Virus record (IMG/VR): IMGVR_UViG_3300045988_128427
DNA: 36,356 nucleotides
Direction: 5' to 3' (one strand)
Source: a virus
Shown: one piece after another, positions 16,620 to 26,494 of the stretch
Numbering within the stretch: the stretch's first letter is position 1
Layout of the letters: every line of letters begins with the position of its first letter
Made by a program: the position numbers and the translations under genes
Notes under the pieces: model-generated
What the model was told of the DNA's origin: nothing
What the model saw: only the letters and a program-made list of their open reading frames with translations
The model's database searches: none

Positions 16620-17276
16620 ATGGCAGACGGTAAAATTGTAATCGAAACCGGTCTGGATACCAAGGGAATCGAAAACGGACTTGGAAAAATCTCTTCGTTG
16701 GCATCTAAAGGGCTTGCGACAGCGACAAAAACGATTACTGCAACATCCGCCGCCCTGTCTGGCATGGGTGGATATGCAATAAAAGTAGGCTCAAGCTTTG
16801 AAGCGGCAATGAGTCAAGTGGCTGCAACGATGGGAATGTCTGCGGAAGAAATCCACAATGGAAGTGCAGAGTTTTCTAAGTTGCAGGAAGCTGCAAAAAA
16901 TGCCGGAGCAACAACAAAGTTCTCTGCTACACAGGCGGCAGAGGCATTAAATTACATGGCTCTTGCCGGATACGATACAAACAAATCAGTGCAAACTTTG
17001 CCAACAGTGCTTAATTTAGCAGCGGCAGGAGATATGGACCTTGCGACCGCATCAGACATGGTAACAGACAGTATGTCTGCTCTGGGCGATAAAGCAGGAA
17101 CAGTCGAAAGTTTTGTCGACAAGATGGCGAAGACGTCTCAAAAGAGTAATACAAGTGTTCAACAGTTAGGTGAAGCACTTTTAACAGTGGGTGGTACTGC
17201 AAAATCACTTGCTGGAGGGGTAACAGAAGCCAATACCGTGTTGGGAATCTTCGCTGACAATGGTGTAAAAGGGGCT
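16620..17276 (+). CDS. tail tape measure protein, exon 1 (or N-terminal fragment)
   Basis: TP901-type TMP core (FEAAMSQVAATMGMS...ALNYMALAGYD...LGIFADNGVKGA). The unspliced ORF runs 5 more codons to TAG at 17292-17294. Confidence 0.8.
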
Positions 17277-18438
17277 AAACTTTTGGTCGCTTAGATAGAA
17301 ATATCTTTGAAAAAACATTGGGTGAATTCGGTGAAACCTAAATTTATTTAATCGCCGTTTATTGCAATTATACCTAATTATGATAAAATTGTAATAAGAG
17401 GTGAGATTTTGAAAACTAAAATTTGTAAAGAGTGTAAAAAGGAATTATCCATAGATAATTTTTCAAAAAGTAAATTATTAAAAGATGGGTATGAAAATAA
17501 ATGTAAAAGCTGTAGAAACAAGGCTCGTTTAAAATATGAGTGTGTTTGTGAAACTTGTGGAAAAGTATGGAAAGCGCAAAAACCTAATTCAAAATATTGC
17601 TGTGCTGAATGTAAACCACAAAGCAAACCGAAAAGAATAAAAACAAAGTGTTCATATTGTTCTAAAGAAATAGAAGTAATACCATCCAAGATTGATAAAT
17701 TTCCAATGCATTATTGCAGTATGCAATGCAAAAATAAGCATTATGGAGAACTCCATAAAGGAGACAACAATATAAAATTTAATAAGATAAAGGTCAAATG
17801 TTATACTTGCGGCAAAGAATTTTTAAAAGTAAGAAGTCAAGTTGATAAGTATAAATTTCATTTTTGCACTTTACAATGCAAGAATGAGGGCTATAAGCAT
17901 ATATTTTCTGGAAAAAACAATCCTAATTATAATCCAAGCAAAGAAGAAAAAGAAAGAGAAGAACATAGAAATATTGATGGATATAATGAATGGATAAGAA
18001 ATGTTTTTGAGAGGGATAAATATACATGCCAATGCTGTGGAGACAGTAAAGGTGGAAATTTAAATGCCCACCATAAGTATAATTATTCAGAACATAAAGA
18101 GTTACGAACAGATATAAGCAATGGAATAACTTTGTGCGAGAGATGTCATGTAAATTTTCATAAAATGTATGGATATAAAAATAATACTCAAGAACAAATT
18201 GAAGAATTTATCTTAAATAGACAAGGCAATACCGAGCTAAGCTAGGAGGGAAACCACTAGAAAGCGTAGAGACTAGATAAGAAGCTAACCAGAAGCACTC
18301 ATTAAAAGAGTGCTTTTTGTATGCCTAATTATCCACGAGTGCCCAACATCTTAGCAAGTAAAGTTGAAGATGAAGATATAGTCCAACTCTAAGAGAAATC
18401 TTAGTTCTAGGATAAAGAGCCTAGACAATGAAGAATAG
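17277..18438 (+). mobile_element. intervening sequence in the tape measure gene: probable group I intron carrying an HNH homing endonuclease ORF
   Basis: Exon junction GVKGA|EGGTALRNVILSLSAPT restores a conserved TMP motif in frame. The last exon-1 base is T (17276) and the last intron base is G (18438). ggtc at 17285-17288 could pair with exon ggct as P1. The element is visibly AT-rich. Confidence 0.6.
17409..18245 (+). CDS. HNH homing endonuclease with repeated zinc-finger modules
   Basis: TTG start after aagaggtga. Three to four CxxC...(Y/H)(C/F)C..(E/Q)CK modules are followed by CQCCGDSKGGNLNAHHKYNYSEH...NGITLCERCHVNFH (HNH). Confidence 0.85.
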   Translation: MKTKICKECKKELSIDNFSKSKLLKDGYENKCKSCRNKARLKYECVCETCGKVWKAQKPNSKYCCAECKPQSKPKRIKTKCSYCSKEIEVIPSKIDKFPMHYCSMQCKNKHYGELHKGDNNIKFNKIKVKCYTCGKEFLKVRSQVDKYKFHFCTLQCKNEGYKHIFSGKNNPNYNPSKEEKEREEHRNIDGYNEWIRNVFERDKYTCQCCGDSKGGNLNAHHKYNYSEHKELRTDISNGITLCERCHVNFHKMYGYKNNTQEQIEEFILNRQGNTELS

Positions 18439-21400
18439 GAAGGTGGAACCGCCCTTAGAAATGTTATCTTAAGCCTATCCGCACCAACGGATACGGCGAA
18501 AAAGAAAATGGGAGAGCTTGGTTTGAATGTATTTGACGCAGAGGGAAAAATGCGTCCTTTAAATGATACATTCAATGATTTGAACAAAATCTTAGGCTCA
18601 ATGAATGAGGGTGAGAGAACACAGGTTTTAAACACCATTTTCAACAAGGTCGACTTGAAGAGCGTCAATGCATTACTGGCGAACTCAGGAGAACGTTTCG
18701 ACCAGCTGAAAGGTTATATTGAAGATGCAGACGGAGCAGCCGGACAGATGGCTGATACGATGCAGGACAACTTACAAGGAAAAATGACAACATTAAATTC
18801 TGCTCTTGAGGGATTAGGCATCGGAATCTACGAGAACATCGAAGACTCTTTGAAAGAAGCGGCAGAAGAGGGAATTAGTGCAGTCGGCAGGATATCAAAT
18901 GCTTTGCAAAATGGTGGACTGGATGCGGCAGTAGAGGAAGCTGGTGCAGTGCTTGCGGATTTATCGGTAAAAGTAGCGCAGTCCGCCCCGAAGATGGTAA
19001 ATGCATCGGTATCTTTAATCAAAGCGTTTGCAAAAGGAATTGTAAACAATAAGAGTCAGCTTAAAAAGTCAGCAACAGAGATTGTAAATGTATTAAGCAC
19101 TGGACTCATTAAACTTTTGCCGAAGAAAATGCAAGAGCCAGCGGAAAAAGGAATGGATGCTTTAAAACGAACATTTGATGCTGGATTAAAAAGTGTTGTA
19201 AAGATTGCAGAACCAATTGTAAGTGGACTTGGAAAAATATTCATTAAACTTGCTGACAATATGGATAAAATAGCACCTGTTACTGTTTCGCTTGTAGCTG
19301 CTTTTAAGACTTTTAAAACAGTCAGCGGACCGGTTACAACAGTTGTATCTGTAATTACGAAGTTAAGCAGAGTATCTTCCGAAGCTGGTGGAGTAATGGC
19401 TGCATTAAATGCGGTGATGAGCGCAAATCCAGCGGCAATGATTGCAATCGGAATTGGTGCACTGGCAGGTGGAATTGCCTTTCTTGCACTTAAATCAAAT
19501 GAGGCAAGCAAAGAACAGGTTGCATTCCAGAAAGAAATTGACAACTTAAGCGCTTCGATTGAGAAGAACCGGAACGAATTAGATGAGTTATCCAGTTCTA
19601 TTGAAGGCACAAATAACTCCGCAGAAAGTTCCGCAGCTCCATTGGAACGTCTGAAAGGTAAATTGTCAGAAGCTTTTGATGAAACCGGAAAGATGAAACA
19701 GGGCTGTGAACAGCTTGCAGGATCTATTTTAAATCAGTTAAATGAGGCAATGGGAACAGAATATTCCATTACCGCAGATGGATTTATACAGAATAATGAG
19801 GGTGTGAAGCAGTCTCTTGGAGATGTAACACAGTCCATTGATGAATATGTGCGTAGCTTGAAAAAGAAAGCGGTGCAGGAAGCTGTAACAAACCAATATG
19901 CTGATAATTTGCAGAAACAGTCTGAAATACAGGCAGATTTGACAAAAGCCCAGAAACAGTACAATAAAGCATTAGAGAACTATATTGCAACTGAAAACGG
20001 AAGCACAAAGGAAAGAACCAAGGCAAACGAACAACTTGAACAGGCAAAGAAAAACTTATCGGATGCTACGAAAGAGGCTGCTAAGGCAGAGTATCAGACA
20101 AAAGCATTAGATGAAGTTATGGATTTGCTTGGTGAGGGAAGCATAGAAAGTATTCAAAAAGCCTTAGATTCCTACGCAAAGATACCAACCGAAGCAGATA
20201 AAGCTGCAAAAGGTGTGAAATACAGCCATGAAGAGATAGAAAAAACACTCTCTTCAACAGATTTTTCTGTTATGGCAAAAGGGTTTGAAATGGCTACAGA
20301 GGAAATTAAAGCCTCTGGTGGAAAGATTCCTGAAAGTTTGCAGAAAGCAATTTCACAGGCAGTGGAAAAACTGAATAATTTAGGACCGGCTGGCAAAAAG
20401 TCACTTGCTTGGAGTTTGTCAGAAATGATGCAGGGAATGGAAGAAAAAATTCCAGAGTTTAAAGGTACTGCATCTATGACGTCTGATGAAATTATAAAAA
20501 CCTTTGCTACATATTTAAAAGATAGTGGGGCACTTGGTGATGTTGGAACAGAGGCAATTGAACAGCTGATTCAAGGAATTGATGAAGTGGACACACAGAC
20601 CACTCCGGCACAAAAAGCAAGAGATGCTATTGACTCTACAACAAATCAACTTGAAACCGGTGAAGATTTCATCCGGACAGCGGCAGGAAACAGTGCAGGT
20701 GCAATTACACGAGGATTTACAGAAACAGATTATTCCGGAGCAGTGTTTGCGGCGGCAAAAGCGTGCGGAATGACAGTAGAGGAAGTGCTTGCGCATCAGG
20801 AAGAACTGTATATGGCGGCATTAACAGTTGCTCAGTCTGGCGCAACTGGATTTACGGCGGCAGACATGCCGGCAGTGTTTGGCTCAAATGCATCTGCCGC
20901 CGCATCGGCAGCGAATACATATTTGTTAAGCAGTGCGGAATCTATGCAGTTGTCAGCATCAGCCCTTGGAAATGCAGCAAATACCGGGATTGTTGCCGGA
21001 AATATGCCAGGAACATTTTCAACTCAATCACAAAGCGCAGTATCAGGACTTGTAAATAGCTTGAACAGTGGAGCAGGTAGCGCTTCATCGGCAGCATCAG
21101 CTCTTGGAAATGCGGCGAAATCTGGTCTTGGAAATATGTCTGTTGCTGGAAACTATCAGACCGCAGCGACATCAGCAACACAAAATTTTGCAAGGACATT
21201 ATCTGCAGGGCAGGGAAATGCAAAATCATCAGCATCCGCACTTGGAAACTCTGCAAAAAATTCCTTAAAAGGAACGAACATTCCGAGTAATTTTACTCAG
21301 CAGGCAAAAACAGCGACAAATCAGTTTGCGGCTGGAATCCGGAATGGAACAAATAGTGCTTCATCGGCAGCAAGAGGACTTGGAACAGCAGCGACAAAAG

Positions 21401-22050
21401 GCTTAAGTAGTGTTAATGTAGCAAGTTCTGCAAAGACACAAGGAAGCAATTTAGCATCTAATTTCGTATCAGGAATTAATAGTGGAAAAGGTTCAGCGGA
21501 TTCCGCAGCGGCATCGCTTGGAAGAACAGCGGTTTCGGGCTTATCAAGTAATTCTGGTGGCAGTTATTCGATTGGAGTAAATTTCTCAAATGGCTTTGCG
21601 AATGGTATTCGTGCTGGTAGTTATGGAGTTGCCAGTGCAGCGGCATCCGTAGCAGCAGCTGCAGCTAATGCGGCAAAGGCAAACTTACAAATTCATTCTC
21701 CATCACGAGTGGGCGGCTGGATTGGTAAGATGTTTGATTACGGTATCAGTGGAGGAATGGAAGATAATACTTCTGTTGTAACACAGGCTGCGGAAATGGT
21801 AACCGATGCCATGCAGGTGGATGTAAAGTCTCTGCTTGGAATGATGAGAGGAGCAGTAAGTGAAACAGTTTCCAGAATCACGACAAACAAGACAAACAAA
21901 ATGCTTGAAAGAGCGCCACAGGCTTACGGATATGCAGCTTCTCAAAATACAGAAGTGAAACAGGAAATTAATTTCTATCAGCCAGTTCAGTCTCCGGTAG
22001 AGATGAGCCGTGCACTTAGAAAAGAAGCAAGGAGGTTGGCATTAACTTGA
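18439..22050 (+). CDS. tail tape measure protein, exon 2 (or C-terminal fragment)
   Basis: The frame is open from 18439 (EGGTALRNVILSLSAPTDTAKKKMGELGLNVFDAEGKMRPL). The track ORF begins at the internal Met at 18508. Features include long coiled-coil regions, a TM-like segment and Ser/Ala-rich repeats of about 40 aa. Confidence 0.8.
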   Translation, partial: EGGTALRNVILSLSAPTDTAKKKMGELGLNVFDAEGKMRPLNDTFNDLNKILGSMNEGERTQVLNTIFNKVDLKSVNALLANSGERFDQLKGYIEDADGAAGQMADTMQDNLQGKMTTLNSALEGLGIGIYENIEDSLKEAAEEGISAVGRISNALQNGGLDAAVEEAGAVLADLSVKVAQSAPKMVNASVSLIKAFAKGIVNNKSQLKKSATEIVNVLSTGLIKLLPKKMQEPAEKGMDALKRTFDAGLKSVVKIAEPIVSGLGKIFIKLADNMDKIAPVTVSLVAAFKTFKTVSGPVTTVVSVITKLSRVSSEAGGVMAALNAVMSANPAAMIAIGIGALAGGIAFLALKSNEASKEQVAFQKEIDNLSASIEKNRNELDELSSSIEGTNNSAESSAAPLERLKGKLSEAFDETGKMKQGCEQLAGSILNQLNEAMGTEYSITADGFIQNNEGVKQSLGDVTQSIDEYVRSLKKKAVQEAVTNQYADNLQKQSEIQADLTKAQKQYNKALENYIATENGSTKERTKANEQLEQAKKNLSDATKEAAKAEYQTKALDEVMDLLGEGSIESIQKALDSYAKIPTEADKAAKGVKYSHEEIEKTLSSTDFSVMAKGFEMATEEIKASGGKIPESLQKAISQAVEKLNNLGPAGKKSLAWSLSEMMQGMEEKIPEFKGTASMTSDEIIKTFATYLKDSGALGDVGTEAIEQLIQGIDEVDTQTTPAQKARDAIDSTTNQLETGEDFIRTAAGNSAGAITRGFTETDYSGAVFAAAKACGMTVEEVLAHQEELYMAALTVAQSGATGFTAADMPAVFGSNASAAASAANTYLLSSAESMQLSASALGNAANTGIVAGNMPGTFSTQSQSAVSGLVNSLNSGAGSASSAASALGNAAKSGLGNMSVAGNYQTAATSATQNFARTLSAGQGNAKSSASALGNSAKNSLKGTNIPSNFTQQAKTATNQFAAGIRNGTNSASSAARGLGTAATKGLSSVNVASSAKTQGSNLASNFVSGINSGKGSADSAAASLGRTAVSGLSSNSGGSYSIGVNFSNGFANGIRAGSYGVASAAASVAAAAANAAKANLQIHSPSRVGGWIGKMFDYGISGGMEDNTSVVTQAAEMVTDAMQVDVKSLLGMMRGAVSETVSRITTNKTNKMLERAPQAYGYAASQNTEVKQEINFYQPVQSPVEMSRALRKEARRLALT

Positions 22051-22889
22051 ACAGGATAGAGTTTCGTTTTTCAAAAGGAGAAGAGACGCTTGTGTTGGAT
22101 GAACCGGACTTTGGTGTAACAGAATATTCCGGAATTGAAGCAACAGATTATGAACTGGAAAAAAGCGTAAATTCGAACTTTATTGGAGAACGGTTAAAAC
22201 GAAAAAAAGTTCTTTCAAGACCGATTGCTATTTCTGCGGATTATCTCGGAAATGAAGATAAATCTGATAAGCGTCAGGAGTTAATCCGTTTTTTTAGTCC
22301 GTTCTCTTCCGGAACCTTAACAGTGAATCATCTTGGTGTAGAAAGAGAAATTGAATACGAAGTAGAGAGTTTTCATTTTACAAGCCAGAATATTTATGAT
22401 GTGCTTGAATTTGAAATAGAACTTTCCTGTATGGATCCAATGTTCCAGGACATTGTGCAGACTGGAGAGGCAATTTCTACATGGGTAAAAGGGTGGGCGT
22501 GGAAATTCACGCTCCCTTTTAAACTCAAAGAGAGAGGAGAGCCGAAGAAAAATGTCTTTAATTCCGGACATACAGAAGCACCTCTTGAAATTTATTTTCA
22601 CGGACCGGCAGTCAATCCGAAGATTACAAATCTCTCTACAGGGGAATTTATCCGAATTAAGAGGGAACTGACTTCGGATGATATTTTGTATATTAATACC
22701 GCTTTTGGGCAGAAGAAAGTTGAAATTATAAGAGGAGGAATAAGTACAGATGCATTTGATTATATTGATTTACAGTCTGTATTCTTCTCTTTGCAGGTAG
22801 GTGACAACATGCTTGAATATACGTCTGAAAACGGATTAGACCCACAATCCGTGGAAGTACGGTATAAGAACAGATACATAGGAGTATAA
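22047..22889 (+). CDS. distal tail protein (Dit-like)
   Basis: 280-aa ORF overlapping the TMP stop. TTG start after aggagg. Positional call. Confidence 0.65.
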   Translation: MNRIEFRFSKGEETLVLDEPDFGVTEYSGIEATDYELEKSVNSNFIGERLKRKKVLSRPIAISADYLGNEDKSDKRQELIRFFSPFSSGTLTVNHLGVEREIEYEVESFHFTSQNIYDVLEFEIELSCMDPMFQDIVQTGEAISTWVKGWAWKFTLPFKLKERGEPKKNVFNSGHTEAPLEIYFHGPAVNPKITNLSTGEFIRIKRELTSDDILYINTAFGQKKVEIIRGGISTDAFDYIDLQSVFFSLQVGDNMLEYTSENGLDPQSVEVRYKNRYIGV

Positions 22890-22890
22890 A

Positions 22891-23514
22891 ATGGAATATT
22901 ATGGTTTTTTTAATGGGGGTACAGAATATGGTCAGGAAGAATTTAACAGGTATTTTGATAATATCTACGAATCCGGAATTGCAGTAAATTCAGATGGTTC
23001 TATGCAGTATCCGATTACAATCTCTTCCGGAAAAGTGACAGTAGGAAAAGGGTTTGCTATTTTAAAAGGTTTTTATCATTATAATGATTCGCCAAAAGAG
23101 TTCCAGCTTTCTCCGGATGTAAATTATTCAAAAAAATATAGAGTGATTTTGCAGTTGAATGTTGCTCAATCATCTGTGAAACTGCTTGTAAGAGCTGGCG
23201 GTGCATCCAGTGCTCCATCAACACCGGCACTTACAAGAACGGATTCTATTTATGAATTGTCATTAGGACAGTATAGAGTGACTAAAAACGGAGGAATTAC
23301 ACTTGAAAGAGATGAGAGGTCGAATAATCTTGTATGCGGTGCAATTCGTCCAAAAACTTTAACTGCTTATAATGCTGCTATGAAAGAAAATCAGCGTCTG
23401 TTTGACGAATGGTTTAAACAGCAGCAGGGAACAGGCTGGCGCAATATTTATACACAGAGTACGACACCAACAGGGGCGGTGAGCGGAAGTATATGGATAA
23501 ACGAATTAACGTAA
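22891..23514 (+). CDS. tail/baseplate-associated protein, unknown function
   Basis: 207-aa ORF. Its C-terminus GAVSGSIWINELT resembles the end of the mini-ORF at 26304..26480. Confidence 0.5.
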   Translation: MEYYGFFNGGTEYGQEEFNRYFDNIYESGIAVNSDGSMQYPITISSGKVTVGKGFAILKGFYHYNDSPKEFQLSPDVNYSKKYRVILQLNVAQSSVKLLVRAGGASSAPSTPALTRTDSIYELSLGQYRVTKNGGITLERDERSNNLVCGAIRPKTLTAYNAAMKENQRLFDEWFKQQQGTGWRNIYTQSTTPTGAVSGSIWINELT

Positions 23515-24665
23515 GATTTTTTGATAAAAACTTAAAATTTATCGGCGAACTGGATGCTTATGAGGGTTTGGAATTTATTACACGCTGGACGAAATACGGA
23601 ACATTTCAGATTTTTGTCTATAAAATTACTGAGCAAATGAAAATAGGCAATTATATTATGTTAGACAATGACAGACGAAAAAGCGGAATCATTAAAAGAA
23701 TTGAATGCTCGGATGATGATAACAATGTAACTGCAACAATCAGCGGCTATACATTGTTACATTTGTTAACACAACGTATTACATACCCGCCGAGTGCTCC
23801 GGCAATGTCACATTATCGTTTTCATGATAGAGCAGAAACAATAATTTGCAACTTAGTAAAACTAAACGCAACAAATGCGGCAGTTGCAAACAGAAATATT
23901 CCGTATTTGCGAGTGAAAGAATCAAAAAGAAGAGGCGATGTTGTTTATTTCCAAACCCGATATGACAATTTAGACGAGGCAATAACGACACTATGCGAAG
24001 CTTCAGGTTTAGGTGTGAGCATTTCTTTAATACCAGAAGAACAAGAACTTTTGTTTGAAGTTTTAGAAGGTGTAGATCGCTCAGCAAATCAAACGAAACG
24101 TCCGCCGATGATTTTTAATGTCGACTATGACAATGTTTCGAATCGTGAATTTATTTCCGATATCACAGAGTATAAAAATACTGCAATTGTGGCAGGACAG
24201 GGCGAAGGTGTCAATCGTCGAATTCGTTACGTCGGAAATGAAAATTCCGGCATGAATCGCTATGAACTTTTTGTAGATGCACGAGATATTGAAGATGATA
24301 CAGCACTTCCGGATAGAGGTAAATCTAAGCTTGCAGAGTGTGCATGTAGCGACACATACTCTTCCGAGGTAGATGCTGCACAGTATAAAACAAAATGGGA
24401 TTTAGGAGATATAGTTGTTACAATTGACCGTGAATATGCTGTAAACATAAACGAAAGAATTGTTGAAATAACAGAAATGTTTGATGAAAACGGCTATGCC
24501 ATTTCGCCTACTTTTGGAACAACACAAAAAACAATTTTAGAAAAAATCTCAGGTTCTATGATGGGCTTTGCGGAAAGTAAACAAGGTGAAAAAGGCGAAG
24601 ATGGAAAAACACCTCAGCTAATGATAAACGCAGACGGACATTTAATTGCAATTTATGAAGATTAG
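23493..24665 (+). CDS. Gp37-like (ReqiPepy6-type) tail protein
   Basis: MDKRINVRFFDKNLKFIGELDAYEGLEFITRWTKYGTFQIFV resembles the Sipho_Gp37-like N-terminus. It ends with a short collagen-like GEKGEDGK segment plus INADGHLIAIYED. Confidence 0.6.
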   Translation: MDKRINVRFFDKNLKFIGELDAYEGLEFITRWTKYGTFQIFVYKITEQMKIGNYIMLDNDRRKSGIIKRIECSDDDNNVTATISGYTLLHLLTQRITYPPSAPAMSHYRFHDRAETIICNLVKLNATNAAVANRNIPYLRVKESKRRGDVVYFQTRYDNLDEAITTLCEASGLGVSISLIPEEQELLFEVLEGVDRSANQTKRPPMIFNVDYDNVSNREFISDITEYKNTAIVAGQGEGVNRRIRYVGNENSGMNRYELFVDARDIEDDTALPDRGKSKLAECACSDTYSSEVDAAQYKTKWDLGDIVVTIDREYAVNINERIVEITEMFDENGYAISPTFGTTQKTILEKISGSMMGFAESKQGEKGEDGKTPQLMINADGHLIAIYED

Positions 24666-24684
24666 AAGATTAAAGGAGCAAATA

Positions 24685-26289
24685 ATGAGTACAGTTGATT
24701 TAGGTAAAGTAATTGGTCCACAAGGACCGCAAGGAGCACAGGGTCCACAGGGACCTCAAGGAAAACAGGGGCTAAAAGGTGACCCAGGAGAGCCGTTTAA
24801 AATCGCTAAAATTTACAAAAGTGTATCAGCCATGAACGCTGGATATTCTACAGATGGAGTAAGTGTAGGAAGTTTTGTCATGATTGATACCGGAAGTGTA
24901 AATGATGTAGATACCGGTAAATTATATTGCAAAAGTTCAAGTGCCTATACTTATATCGTTGACTTATCTGGTGCACAAGGTATTCAGGGACCGAAAGGTG
25001 ATAAAGGAGACCAAGGCATTCAGGGACCACAGGGTATTCAGGGTGTAAAAGGTGACAAAGGCGATACTGGTGCGACTGGACCACAGGGACCGAAAGGTGA
25101 TAAAGGTGAACAGGGTGTTCAGGGACCGGCAGGAAGTACAGAAAGTTATATTCGTTTTGAGAAGATTTTTACCTCTACAGAGGGACAGACTTCTTTTTCT
25201 TGGACAGATTATCAGTTTCCGTTAAAAAGAAATGCTCTGGAAGTATATGTTAATGGTGTACGACAGGATGGAACGACATTTACTGAAAACTCAGACGGAA
25301 AGGGAATTAAGTTAAAAGCGGGACTTCCGGCAGGGTATAAAGTACATATCTCCGGTTTCCAGATGGTAGTTGACTTACAAGGACCAAAAGGTGACAAGGG
25401 TGATAAAGGTGATACCGGTGCAACCGGAGCGACAGGTGCAAAGGGTGCAACAGGTGCAACCGGAGCTAAGGGCGCAGATGGCGCAACATGGTTAACTGGA
25501 ACGGCTGCTCCAACTACATCGCAGGGAAAAGACGGAGATTTCTTCTTAAATACATCGAATTTTGATGTGTATAAAAGAGCCTCTGGTGCATGGTCGAAGA
25601 CCGGCAATATCAAAGGAGCAACAGGAGCTACCGGAGCGACAGGTGCAAAGGGTGATACTGGTGCGCAGGGACCGATTGGAGCGCAGGGACCGCAGGGGGC
25701 ACAAGGTGCAAAAGGTGTGAGCATGCGCTTAAAAGGCGCATGGGCATCTGGAACCGCTTATGTCAATGATGGAACGTATATTGATATTGTAGCTTACAAC
25801 GGCAGTACCTACGCTTGTGCAAAAGGTCATACTGCTTCTTCCAGCATCGTTCCGACAAATACTACATACTGGACTCAAATTGCAGCAAAAGGTGCAACCG
25901 GAAATACTGGTGCGACCGGAGCAAAGGGAGATACAGGCGCAAAAGGTTCGGCTGGTGTCAGTATGAGACTGAAAAATACATGGGCATCTGGGACAGCTTA
26001 TGTGAATGATACATCTTATATTGATATCGTTACATACAATGGCAATACTTATGCCTGCATCAAGAGCCACACAGCTTCTTCTAGCATTACCCCAGCAAAT
26101 GCTACGTATTGGCTCAAAATCGCTTCAAAAGGCGATACAGGGGCTAAAGGAGATAAAGGTGATAAGGGCGATACAGGAGCAAAAGGTGCGACTGGAGAAA
26201 AAGGCGCAACTGGTGCAAAGGGTGATAAAGGTGATAGCCCGACGTTTCAGATTGATTCAAATGGGCATTTAATTGCAATTTATCCGTAA
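24685..26289 (+). CDS. collagen-like tail fibre with two tandem carbohydrate-binding-like domains
   Basis: ATG at 24685 follows aaaggagc (the track start at 24646 overlaps the upstream gene). Several GXY runs. Two units of about 80 aa read VSMRLK..WASGTAYVND..YIDIV.YNG.TYAC.K.HTASSSI.P.N.TYW. The protein ends DSNGHLIAIYP. Confidence 0.85.
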   Translation: MSTVDLGKVIGPQGPQGAQGPQGPQGKQGLKGDPGEPFKIAKIYKSVSAMNAGYSTDGVSVGSFVMIDTGSVNDVDTGKLYCKSSSAYTYIVDLSGAQGIQGPKGDKGDQGIQGPQGIQGVKGDKGDTGATGPQGPKGDKGEQGVQGPAGSTESYIRFEKIFTSTEGQTSFSWTDYQFPLKRNALEVYVNGVRQDGTTFTENSDGKGIKLKAGLPAGYKVHISGFQMVVDLQGPKGDKGDKGDTGATGATGAKGATGATGAKGADGATWLTGTAAPTTSQGKDGDFFLNTSNFDVYKRASGAWSKTGNIKGATGATGATGAKGDTGAQGPIGAQGPQGAQGAKGVSMRLKGAWASGTAYVNDGTYIDIVAYNGSTYACAKGHTASSSIVPTNTTYWTQIAAKGATGNTGATGAKGDTGAKGSAGVSMRLKNTWASGTAYVNDTSYIDIVTYNGNTYACIKSHTASSSITPANATYWLKIASKGDTGAKGDKGDKGDTGAKGATGEKGATGAKGDKGDSPTFQIDSNGHLIAIYP

Positions 26290-26303
26290 AATGGAGGTAA
26301 AAA

Positions 26304-26480
26304 ATGGCAAGCACAGTTGATTTAGGTAAAGTAGTTGGAGCGACTGGACCGAAAGGAGATACTGGACCAAAAGGAGCAACAGGACCGGCTGGTCCTAAAG
26401 GCACAGATGGAACAAAAATTTATGCACAGACATCTGCTCCAATTGGAGTAGCGACTGGAACAGTTTGGATTAATATATAG
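26304..26480 (+). CDS. 58-aa mini collagen-like protein (not in the ORF track)
   Basis: ATG at 26304 follows ggaggtaaaaa. It translates to MASTVDLGKVVGATGPKGDTGPKGATGPAGPKGTDGTKIYAQTSAPIGVATGTVWINI. It shares 21 identical nt (acagttgatttaggtaaagta) with the start of the long fibre gene. Confidence 0.55.
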   Translation: MASTVDLGKVVGATGPKGDTGPKGATGPAGPKGTDGTKIYAQTSAPIGVATGTVWINI

Positions 26481-26494
26481 TAGGAGGCAAAAAG

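Noticed and set aside
25212-25724. 170-aa minus-strand ORF (Pro/Ala/Val-rich). The other antisense ORFs across the fibre gene (24878-25084, 25729-26070, 26144-26404) are the same kind of feature.
   Set aside because: - They are antisense shadows of GXY collagen codons.
- They have no RBS.
- They are fully embedded in a well-supported + strand gene.
24685-26289. The duplicated domains of about 240 nt in the fibre gene could be a diversity-generating retroelement (template and variable repeat).
   Set aside because: - No reverse transcriptase gene is present anywhere in the genome.
- The differences between the copies are not restricted to adenine positions.
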